DNA of 64,000 nucleotides, taken from contig CM082590.2 in the NCBI GenBank assembly GCA_040954595.2, forward strand, positions 5,642,001 to 5,706,000, given 5' to 3'. The DNA is from Balanoglossus misakiensis. Its lineage: Eukaryota > Animalia > Hemichordata. This document shows positions 1 to 11,100 of this stretch, piece by piece (the first letter of the stretch is position 1; each line of letters starts with the position of its first letter). The notes beneath the pieces are model-generated. The model made no database searches and had not been told where the DNA came from. It was given only the letters and a program-made list of their open reading frames with translations. The position numbers and the translations under genes were made by a program.

Positions 1-724
1 TGCATGAAACCGTCGAGACTTTTTCAGAGGCCTATTTCTCATCAAAGAAAAAGCTAAAAACCCCATAAACCATATATATTCTGGAAGCTGAGATTTTGAA
101 CTTTTGTTTGAGTTGCAAATATTATTGATCCCCGGAAATGGTGGCGATTTTGGGTGAAAAAAAACATTTTTTGATATTATGTCATGAAATTTAAAATAGG
201 TAAAAAAGTTGACCATGCATCATGCATCTTAATATGTCATTCAAAACTAGAGTACACGTGCAAAAAAACGCTAATTTTGTTTTGCGTTATCTGCTTCCAT
301 TGAGGAGTAACAGCGTTTAAAAGTTAGATTTTCAGAAAATTTGATCAAATTCACGGTGAGTTGTATTGAATCAGAGTTTATTCCCGCCAGGGACACTTTA
401 TCGACAAACAAAACTAGCGTTTTGTTGGATGGGTCATACACAATTCCCTGTCAAAATTTGAGCAAATTCGGCCAACGCAGGGCGAAGCTATTTTAGTCCG
501 AAGTTGTCAAGAGCAGCTAAAATGCAAACTGAGAAAAACGGCTATTTGCATTGTTGACACCTATTTGTTAAGCTGTGAACTCATTCAGAAAAGTGCTATT
601 TGGGGTGATTATGCACCATTTCCGCCAAGACGTATTAGTCAGGATGTGGGTCAGTATTAGGCCTACCGATTTATGTAAAAAAGTAAAATTTGGCAAAAAT
701 CACAACTTTTCATGCAATGCCACC
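1..724. mobile_element. Non-autonomous TIR element, Kolobok-like (TTAA site); left end cut by the window edge
   Basis: Ends ...TTTCATGCAATGCCACC followed by TTAA (725-728). The reverse complement GGTGGCATTGCATGAAA matches the window start TGCATGAAA. No coding capacity. Confidence 0.55.
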
Positions 725-801
725 TTAACCCTAACGCTGCCAAGTTGGTTGAAACTGGTTTGATTTCCAGGGTGCCTAGAATCCTGGCTCCCAGGCCTGT
801 T

Positions 802-1011
802 AGACTGCCAAGTGTGTGTTAATCAGTAGGGCCTATACAAGACCCTCAGACCAATACAGTGCAAACCAGTCTGATTTGGTACATTTTACAGGGGGCTCAG
901 ACTGCCAAGTGTGTGTTACTCAGTAGGGCCTATACAAGACCCTCAGACCAATACAGTGCAAACCAGTACGATTTGGTACATTTTACAGGGGGCTCAGACT
1001 GCCAAGTGTGT
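802..1011. repeat. 97-bp tandem duplication, ~2.2 copies
   Basis: AGACTGCCAAGTGTGT recurs at 802, 899 and 996 with near-identical sequence between. Confidence 0.9.
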
Positions 1012-1399
1012 CTAAGTACGTATGAGAGCCATGTCAAGACAGTCAATATATGTTTTAGAAGAAAAAATGGCAAATACATATTTTAAGGGACTTGACACTC
1101 AGAACAGGTATGACAGCCAGTAGCATTAGGGATAAGGACACATTGTCCAGTCCCAGAGGTGTAGACAAGTTTCACTGTACAGGAATCTAACACATCCCAC
1201 ACCATTGGATAACATTCCATGCATGTTAATTATAGAACAGTTGTCATCCAATCAATGCTTACGTGTGTGAATTCTGTGTATCAGTAGAAACAAAACACAT
1301 GGAATGTTTTCAATATAGGCACACTGCCACAGTGCCGCCCCATAGAAGACTTCAGTTGTCTGCATTCCATGTTTTCTTCCAGACCAGGCCGATCATTAG

Positions 1400-2425
1400 C
1401 CTAGCATCTAGCCGTATTTTGTCCGCTTTGCTTCCAAAACTAACGTCTAGCCTCACCCATGCCACTGGCCCAATAAAACCCCATACCCCTTGCTGGGAAT
1501 TGTGATGTTACTAGCGTCCCCTTGAAGTCACTCACATAAACTGAACAATGGTAAATGGGTGTGGATGATAGGCTAGTCTAGTATCTAGCCGTATTTTGTC
1601 CGCTTTGCTTCCAAAACTATCGTCTAGCTTCAACCATGCCACTGGCCCAATAAAACCCCATACCCCTTGCTGGGAATTGTGATGTAACTAGCGTCCCCTT
1701 GAAGTCACTCACATAAACTGAACAATGGTGATTGGGTGTGGATGATAGGCTAGTCTAGTATCTAGCCATATTTTGTCCGCTTTGCTTCCAAAACTAACGT
1801 CTAGCCTCACTCAAAGCCACTGGCCCAATAAAACCCCATACCCCTTGCTGGGAATTGTGATGTTACTAGCGTCCCCTTGAAGTCACTCACATAAACTGAA
1901 CAATGGTGATTGGGTGTGGATGATAGGCTAGTCTAGTATCTAGCCATATTTTGTCCGCTTTGCTTCCAAAACTAACGTCTAGCCTCACTCAAAGCCACTG
2001 GCCCAATAAAACCCCATACCCCTTGCTGGGAATTGTGATGTTACTAGCGTCCCCTTGAAGTCACTCACATAAACTGAACAATGGTGATTGGGTGTGGATG
2101 ATAGGCTAGTCTAGTATCTAGCCATGTTTTGTCCGCTTTGCTTCCAAAACTAACGTCTAGCCTCACTCAAAGCCACTGGCCCAATAAAACCCCATACCCC
2201 TTGCTGGGAATTGTGATGTTACTAGCGTCCCCTTGAAGTCACTCACATAAACTGAACAATGGTAAATGGGTGTGGATGATAGGCTAGTCTAGTATCTAGC
2301 CGTATTTTGTCCGCTTTGCTTCCAAAACTAACGTCTAGCCTCACTCAAAGCCACTGGCCCAATAAAACCCCATACCCCTTGCTGGGAGTTGTGATGTAAC
2401 CTATCATCCACACCCATTTACCATT
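1400..2425. repeat. ~178-bp tandem repeat, ~5.7 copies, in a CDK4/6 intron
   Basis: The unit TCTAGCC(G/A)TATTTTGTCCGCTTTGCTTCC... starts at ~1408, 1585, 1762, 1940, 2118 and 2296. Confidence 0.95.
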
Positions 2426-2797
2426 TCAACCACCCACTATTCTTTGGAAAATTAATTATTTTTTAACCTTCAATTGTTTGACCACTGATTAAAATGCATG
2501 CGTTGATATTGTGTATTTTTCATGAAGATATCTGCAACTTAGACCTTCCAAGGTATTCAGAACTCACTGATTTTATTGTGTGTGACCTTAAACAGTTCAA
2601 TTCTATCATAAATATCACCTAAACTACATGCTGATAGTGCATACAGTTCATGCCATGCAAACATGCCCCTGAAAAATTATTCAAGAACTTTGAGTGGCCA
2701 TTTTTGTGTTATGTTATTTTTATTCTATTAGTTTGTCTTTTCACAAATCATATTTATTTTTTTCTGGTCGAACTGATAGAGTGATTACGGTACTTAC

Positions 2798-3033
2798 CGC
2801 ACAATGTTCGGGTGTTCGAAATTCTCCAGTTGTTTCAACATGGCGATCTCCCGGATGGTAGACATAGGCATTCCATCTTCTCCGGTCTGTATACGAACTT
2901 TCTTCAATGCAACAATCCGTCCACTCTCTATGTCGCGCGCCTTGTAGACTGTCCCATAAGCCCCGGTGCCAATCTCTGCCACCTCCTCATACTTCTTCTT
3001 GACCATATTTAAATGTTGGCGGATAAGATTCAT
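2798..3033 (-). CDS. CDK4/6: Cyclin-dependent kinase 4/6, first coding exon; gene continues beyond the window start
   Basis: [34 protein letters not shown] helix (CDK4 PISTVRE, CDK6 PLSTIRE) and FEHPNIVR. Phase-2 GTAAGT donor at 2797 inside the R codon, as in vertebrate CDK4/6. Likely acceptor TTCACAG gives an exon start at 3145. Confidence 0.93.
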
Positions 3034-3233
3034 TGTGTCGTCCTGATTGTCACAACCACAGACTACCGGCTACAAAGTCATATCCATATGTCTTATCCTC
3101 TTGAAGGCCACCATTTCTATACCATCACAGCCAATACCAGCAAATCTGTGAAATTACCATATAAAAAGTCATTGTCAATGACCTAGTCTCCACTGGATCA
3201 ACAGCAGTGGTTTTGTTACGAGCAGTACTGAGG

Positions 3234-3526
3234 TTAGGCCCCCCCCCCAAAAAAATGTGCTCTTCCAATTACATGGTTTTCAAAAATAGTGTCGGTAGGT
3301 AGGGAATTTTTTTTTTTTTTTTGCGATTTTTTTATTTCTCTGGGAACTGTTGTGTAGAAGAATGACGTCATAGTTCTCGCATGATTCGCGCAATTATGAT
3401 CTATTTCCTATATTTCACATTGTTATTTTTACTTCCGGGTTTACGAAGCTCTAAAAAGTTTAGGGTCGGCGGGTTAAAATTAGGGTAGGTCGGGTAATCG
3501 GAACAGCACATATATTTTTATTTGGC
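3234..3526. mobile_element. Short non-autonomous repeat family; partial copy at ~3745-3830 and inverted copy at ~5590-6630 split by a MITE
   Basis: Shared blocks ACATGGTTTTCAAAA, ATGACGTCATAGTT, GAAGCTCTAAAAAGTT and TAATCGGAACAGCACATAT, direct and reverse-complemented. Confidence 0.6.
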
Positions 3527-5803
3527 AAAGTTCGACCACACACACCTCCAAGAACAAAGTCTCTCTCTCGCTGCCCTTTTTCCATTAAATATGCCTGATA
3601 CAATACACAGTTTATGTTATTCTACATGTGGATATACATGTATAGTGAATCAAGTTCAACCACACACAACTTCAATCCCGCTTGTAGACACGGTCTCTAC
3701 CATTTATTCATTTTGGGGGATTTTAACTCTCATATCCTACTGAGGTTAGGCCCCCCCCCCCCCAAAATGTGCTCTTCCAATTATATGGTTTTCAAAAATA
3801 GTGTCGGTAGGTAGGGAATTTTTTTATTTCTCTTGGAACATTGATTCACTATATATCCACATGTACATTAACATACATGTAAACAGTGTCTTGTGTCAAA
3901 CATATTACTGGAAAAAGGGCAGTTAGAGAGAGAGTTTGTCCCTTTAATTAAAGAATATTTTGTGACTTGTTTTTTTACTTTTAATTAAAAAACTCACTGT
4001 AATAAGAAATTGAACAAATGACATGTTAACTGTATTTTATGACTTTCATTTTTTCTCAAAAACTCATTCAACTTTGTTCACATTTTGTATTTTTTTCTGT
4101 AACAAAATTTCATGATGACCCAGAATCACCTTTCATTTCAAATCAAAAAAGTTCATCTGTGTGGTAGCTGTCAAATAGATTATCTACAATAATAACGGAG
4201 CTCTTCTATTTGCATATCTGGCGCTTTTTTTCCCATGATTCAAATTACAGTAAACGCCACATTGGAAATTCTGCCAACTTTCCCTCGATTTTGTAAAAAA
4301 TCGCGCGACTTATACATGGCGAATATTTTTTTTTTTTTTCTGAAAGAGTGACCTCAAAGCTAGAAAATTATGTAGAAATCAGCTAGGCCGGATTTCCCCT
4401 TTAATGTACAGTGTTTCATCCAAGATGGCATCAACAGGGGGGATAGGTCCCCCCATTGCCAGAATATTTTTTTTCGAGGGAGGGGGGGGGGGGGTAGCTG
4501 TCAAATAGATTATCTACAACGATAACAGAGCTCTTCTATTTGCATATTAATGTACAGTGTTTCATCCAAGATGGCATCAACAGGGCAGGGGGGATAGGTC
4601 CCCCATTGCCAGAATATTTTTTTTTTCGAGGGAGGGGGGGGGGGGTCCGCTTTGGCATGGGGGAATGTAATATATCCAACATGTGAGTCACATCACTTTA
4701 AGAGGTGCTGGTCCCCCCCCCCCCCCGGCAATGTCCAACGGGGTGTCAATATGTCAACAGGGGGTGAATCCCCCACCCCACCCCAGCCACGAGCCAGGAT
4801 GAAACACTGGCTGTATGCACATAGATGAAGCTAAATACACTATAGAACTATATTGCAATCTTGTTTAAATATTTATGATACTGCAATGCATTGTTTTGTA
4901 GTGGGACTTTTACAAACATTGTGAAATTCTACGAACTCTGTCCTAAATACCGCGTTTTAATGGACAGTGGTTTTGTTTCTGGGACGTGTGATGACCTGGT
5001 CGCTGGTTTGGACATACCACTCTGGCCACAACTTGGTGACCTCTGGACTGACAGGACAAACAAACGCTGAGTTGAAGGCAAAGCTCCTTTGTTTACCAAC
5101 ACCACCCCCAATCGCCATAGCTGGCTGTATGTTTTACTGTATCGTCACCAGGCAGTTTTTCAACGACGATGGAAACATCCAAACATGTGCCACACCACTG
5201 TGTGTGAAAACCCGACAATCAGGAAATCGGGGCGATGCATAGACCAGCTGTTTGGGGGCAGGGGTGGGTCTGCGTTCGAGGAAGACATTGTCAGGACATG
5301 TCCCATCATGGACCGTTCACCTCTCACGTGGCAAAGAAGCAACTAAACTTACCTGGTTTACACTAACTCTTGTAACTTATCTTGTGGGGGAAGACGGTCC
5401 GATCTTGTGTCCAAATCTTTACCGATCCACGAAAACAGAGATCGAGATCCGCAATGTTATACAAAATGAAGTCTTCAAGAAACCGTGTAAGTTTTGACCC
5501 CCTTTGAGTGCTGTATCGTAACGTAGATGGCGCACTTTGGGATGGGACATTGTATGATTGTATACAGTCATGCAAATTGCACAATCTGACCCCACCTTTA
5601 TCTGACCCTGAACTTTTTAGAGCTTCATAAACCGGAAGTACAAATAACGATGCAAAATATACAAAATCTATGAAAATTGCGAGAATCACGCAAGAACGTT
5701 AACTATGACGTCATTCTTCTACACGACGGCGGCTAAAGATATAAAAAAATTGCAAAATTATTTTTTTCCCTACCTACCTACCCTAGTTTTGAAAACCATG
5801 TAA

Positions 5804-6603
5804 GGCTGCATTCACAAACACCTCTGGAGGGGGGGGGGGCAGGAGAATTGAGGGGGGGGGGTTTGAAAAAATTGAGTGTATGTAAGGGGGGGATTTGAAA
5901 TAATTTAAGGACTGAAAGGGGGGGACTTGAAAACTTTGATGATTAAATATTTATTTTGAGTCCACAAAAATGCAGTTTCGCGCCCTTTATTTTAAAAAAA
6001 ATTCTAATGTGGGAGGGGGACACCCCCTCCCACACCCACCCCCTCCATTCATCAACACCTTTCAGTCATTGACTGGTTTATCTAGTGTCCCAGGTCAGGG
6101 GACTTGCCCCACCCCATGATAACATTGAGCGGCGATGGTTAAATTTGTCCTCCCCAACATACCGATAGTTGAGTTAATTTGCTTTTGCCGGGTTCATTAA
6201 AATGCAGCTTTGAGCTCTGTATTTTATAAAATCTTCTTACGTGGGAGGGGGACACCCCCTCCCAAACCCACCCCCTTCGATTCTTGGTTTACAATGTCTC
6301 CAAACACAGTAATACAAATACTTAAAAAATAAATACAATGTTCAGTTTTAATACCCACTGATGAGGGGAAACATCAGTTTCAAATTCTTTTCATGGGAGC
6401 GCTGTTTTTCTTTTTTACAAGATAGATAGGTGATGTGTTTTGCTCTGTGAAAAAAATGGGGGGGATTTCAAAATTTTGGCAGTTCGGAAGGGGGGGATTT
6501 GAAAAAATTTCGGGTTGTTGAGGGGGGCATGTGAAAATTAACGGTAAAAAAATTTGAATTCTCCCGCCCCCCCCCCCCTCCAGAGGTGTTTGTGAATGCA
6601 GCC
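5804..6603. mobile_element. PIF/Harbinger (Tourist-like) MITE, 800 bp
   Basis: TIR GGCTGCATTCACAAACACCTCTGGAG...CTCCAGAGGTGTTTGTGAATGCAGCC with TAA duplicated on both sides. Second copy at 29284-30057. Confidence 0.9.
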
Positions 6604-6750
6604 TAATCGGAACAGCACATATTTTTTTATTCCGTTCAGTGTTTGCGTGAATTGTATCTCAAAACCTTTCCGGATGTGTAAGACATCCTGTACAATTAAT
6701 ATTTTTTTATTATGATGATGATTTACGGAGCTGCATTGAAGTGGGTGCTG

Positions 6751-6834
6751 CCACAGGCGCTTGTATAGATGCTATTTCAGTTTTTTTATTAATTGTAAAT
6801 TAATTGTAGGCCTATACCCCACTGGGCTCTTTAT

Positions 6835-6885
<51 letters not shown>

Positions 6886-7041
6886 ACAAAATTAAGACCA
6901 AATGTCATGTTCTAGGCCGAACATAGCGAGAACGCTCGTTTGACGCAAATTCGGGAGATCGTCTAAGCTACTGATTTATCGGTTTTAGTCACTTTACAAT
7001 TAATAAAAAAACTGAAATAGCATCTATACAAGCGCCTGTGG
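6751..7041. repeat. Foldback with 49-bp inverted arms around a (GA)n microsatellite
   Basis: CCACAGGCGCTTGTATAGATGCTATTTCAG... (6751-6799) is the reverse complement of 6993-7041. (GA)n at ~6838-6880. No TSD seen. Confidence 0.75.
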
Positions 7042-7399
7042 TCCCATTTATTTCTAACCGGAACATTCTGTTTTTTTTTTCTTTGCAGCGTAAACACCCC
7101 GGGGGACACTTGGCAGTGAAACTCTCAAACATAAAATCAATTGTCGGTCAAAATCCGGCTTCAAAAGTCGTCGGTCCTTTTAATATTTTGCCAAACAGCT
7201 GTATGACCTGTAGCTCACGAGAATTCCTGACTTTATCACGATCTGGTTGAAAAATGTTTGTAGCTACTTGATTGTGGTGGAGTGTTTTTTTCTGCCGACT
7301 AAACAAACATTCTGTGCTATATATTAAGTGTGGTGAGTGGTTTCCGTCAAAGTCTATACGCGTAAAGCTAATAGAACAAACAGTATTTCATCTTTACGA

Positions 7400-8100
7400 C
7401 CAAAAATAAACTGCTTCTGATACGTACCTGTACATACCAATAAACTTCAAACGAAACCATCAAAATATCAGCTCAGTTGCCAATCTGATTAAAATCAGAT
7501 GTAGCATAAAAAAAACCAAGTCGCCGTTCCCTACATCTGATTTTAATCAGATTGCTCAGTTGCGGGCGCGCACGCATGCGTAGACATCGCCTTTAGGCCT
7601 ACTGCTCAAGACGAAATCGTAAAGTTAACACTGACCCAGCTTTATTGCAGTTCTCGTCCACACCAAACAAACCCACGGAATATTTTATTCTTTGTTCGTT
7701 GAGGACGTCGCGTTTATGCTGAGTTTATTGGCTATACACTTTATTGTTCCATGACGCCCGTGCGTATTACACCCCGGGGGGAGACTCAGCTGTAAAAACT
7801 CCAAAACACAAACTCAATTGTCGGTCAAAATCCGGCTTTAAAAGTCGTCCTTTTAGTTCTAAAATGGTAAAAAGACTTCATTCTATCCAAAATCGGTGTG
7901 TCAAAAGTCTAGACAAGGCCATAACGTGAGTGCCCCACCTGGGTTCAAAATTAGTAGTCTGTTCCCCCCTGCCCCTCATTTATTTGAAGTCGCCCATTTC
8001 CTCCTAAATCACGTGACAAGACGACGCCATCTTGGAACCAAAGGAGTTTCACTTGTCCAACCTGGAGTTATATAACTGGACGTTCGAACAAAAGACGGGT
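7400..8100. promoter_or_regulatory. Putative shared (divergent) promoter region of CDK4/6 and the ROCO gene
   Basis: Relatively CpG-rich. NRF1-like GCGCACGCATGCG at ~7568, E-box CACGTGAC at 8010, YY1-like CGCCATCTT at 8025. Candidate - strand donor CAG|GTACGT at 7427 and + strand donor GAG|GTAAGT at 8187. Confidence 0.4.
7481..7554. mobile_element. 74-bp micro-MITE with 24-bp TIRs and 9-bp TSD (Mutator-like)
   Basis: CAATCTGATTAAAATCAGATGTAG / CTACATCTGATTTTAATCAGATTG, flanked by direct repeats CTCAGTTGC at 7472-7480 and 7555-7563. Confidence 0.8.
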
Positions 8101-8156
8101 GTTAAATGATGTAATTTGTGAATGAATGCCAAGGCCAATGTTAATGACATATAACA

Positions 8157-11100
8157 ATGGCATCCCAGGAAGATAAAGATCCAGAGGTAAGTGACCCTTG
8201 AACTGAACGGGCAACAGTTTCTGAGTTTGTAGAAGTCCGTCTCTGGTCATGGACGCCCATAATCTAATCAACAGGTGTTTCAGAATAAATATCCGTCTGC
8301 TGAGATTATTCATGTTTCGGGTGGACTGAAACTTTTGATGGACAAAATTTACAAATTACACTGCATGAAAACCCTATAATACTTACAATATAAGCATGGA
8401 CAATCGCCTGTATTTTAGTTGAATACAGTCTAGTCCATTGTTAATATAGAAAGTATTCACTGTGAATACAGATATATTCATAATGGATAGACAAGTATAA
8501 GCACTATTCTGTATACCATCTAATACACTGCAAGAATTCATCAGTATTTTTCAAAGAATAAAGATTTGGACTTGTCTGTATTCATCTGTGCTTTTGGAAA
8601 AACAGACATGAATTCGTGTGATTTTTTCATGGTTCCATATTGATTCATGACTGATTTAACATCAAATTAATGATTTTTGATCTTCGCTTCTTCATTAAAT
8701 TTATCCTGCGATTTTCTTCATCTAGGGCATACTGTTTATTTGCAGAATTACCCCATGTACATGTAATTGATAGCATTCCAGTAAATCTTTCAGCACAATC
8801 GATCCTGATGTCAGGCTACAGGCAGAAAAATTAACTGGTTGAATTTTATCAGTATTGTATAAACGTCTGCAAATATATCATGGGTCATACGGGAATACAG
8901 ACTGACCAAAGCTGTGACACAAGACAAGACATCTCCCATCCACACATCCTCTCATGCTATTAGTACATTCATGCCAACAATAAAAAATAATGAAGAGGGT
9001 AAATTTTTCATTATTCACTTTTTATTATTATTCATAAATAAATTACAATAAAAAAGATAGCTGTTAAAATCAAACTTAAATAAGAGATTAACTCCACAAA
9101 TTTTTTTCAGTTTTTACATATTGCAATATTATAAAAATGGCAGGAAATTTAAGATGAAGAATAAAAAGATATCCTGAGATTGAAAATAATGGTGACAATT
9201 TCAAGCTTCGGCAATTTAAATGTTACTGAGGTTCAACATAGTTTTCTGAATAAACATTGATTGGACGGGACCGGGATGATGGAGTTGCTGAGCGTTGCCT
9301 TTTTTTGACTAGTCTGCCTAAAATTCCCTTTTCCTCTAGTCTCCTGTCAAGTGTTTTGATCAGTTCATTAAGGGGTGCAGCTCTCCAGGCCGGCGTCTTG
9401 ACTACGACTGTGTTCTCTGATTCACCAACTTCCTCGTCCGACATTAGTTCCGCCTTTACCCTTGCCCAGAATTCTTTCTCATCTGCATTGATGACCCTTT
9501 CTCTCCTTTTTAATGTCTGAAAATAAAAAAAATGAACTGTATTAATATTTTTAAAAAATCTAACATATCAAGTCAAATTTTTCTTTGAATGGCATTTCGT
9601 ATCATGGTGAACCTGCCTGCTGGAAGATGCCTCTTGAATGACATTTACTCATGCTTTGCTGATGTAGTGACATCATTTAAAAATCTACCAGGAACTGTTG
9701 CATTAAGGCATATATGTACAGACCGGAAATGCATTTTGCTTATTAGATAAATTAGCAAATGACTTGTAAATAGCATAAAGTAATTACCTGCCATCTTGTA
9801 GCATGCCCCTTCCGTCTGATCTTGTTTTTCTCCCTCAGAGCTAAATCTGCACCTTCTCTATATTTTAATCTTGTATTTTCGTAATTTCTCCTAATTGCCA
9901 CTGCAAATAGTAAAAAAGAATGTTAATAACTGTTAATGACAACATTCATTCATTTCATTGTATTGCTTTTTTTAAACATTAATCTTACAAGTTCAGTAGC
10001 ACAACAGGAAAAAGTAGGAAAAAGAATAAGGTACAATCATTGTCACAATGGCTTGCCTATTGTTGCGCCCACGGTGCTAGAGTTGCTTCCTTAAGCTATT
10101 TCACAGTAACTTCCTTTGTATTAAGTTTATTTTTACACAAAAAGACAAACTTACTCTTGTATTCTTTTTCTGTAAATTTATTGCTAAACTTCAGGGACAG
10201 CTCACTCATCATCTTTTCCCTGACTGCAACATTATGCATTGTATTCCACCTGTAGCAATGGTATGAAAGGTAAATATTAATATATAAAACATGTTATTCA
10301 TCCCAAATCATTTACATTGAATTGACTTTTATAGCCAGCAAAGGCAATTTTATCCCGATCAACTTCCCCATATAATTTGACACTTTTCACTGTTGAGATA
10401 TTGTAACTAGTTGCTGAAAATCCCAGCTCTATAATATAAAAGCTTAAATACGCTATAAAAATACCATTGTCCAATCTCAGGAGCTATTTTGCTTTGGATG
10501 ACACCATAAACAGTGATATTTTCTTGGAAAACAGCCAACGCAATACAAAATCAAAGTTGTACATTTATTATTTCCAAGCACCCGTTACATTTTTTCAAGA
10601 GACTTTCAGGAGTGTATAAAACAAACATTGCAATCGGAGGTCATATAAGATATTACTGTAGTCACTTAAGTATTGATTTTTCAAAAGCACTTATTATACT
10701 TACCCATCTGGAACTCTAAACTGCACTTCATCTCCACCATTGGCCTGAATGTTTTTTATCTTCATCTGTTTAAAAGAAATATAAACAAGAAATGTCAAGA
10801 ACTAACTTCTTTCTTTCTGATCAACAGCTGTTACAAAATTTATATCTTGGGGTCAGAGGAATGCAAAAAATTATGTACAAAAGAGACATACTGTGTTTCT
10901 GCCATCTTGGAAAATGGCATAGCATTGTGGGACGATTGAGGGGGGGGGAGAAGCCATGTCACTCAAGCAATGGCATCCTAGTGTAGGCATCGTATCAAGA
11001 AACATAGCTAAGTTTCTTGATATGGTGTCTACACTAGAATGCTATGGCTTGGGTGACATGGCTTCCCCACCGTCAATCGTCCCACAATGCTATGCCATTT

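Noticed and set aside
4967-5689. Cluster of short ORFs in GC-richer sequence
   Set aside because: No recognisable domain or splice-consistent model. Probably repeat-derived intron sequence.
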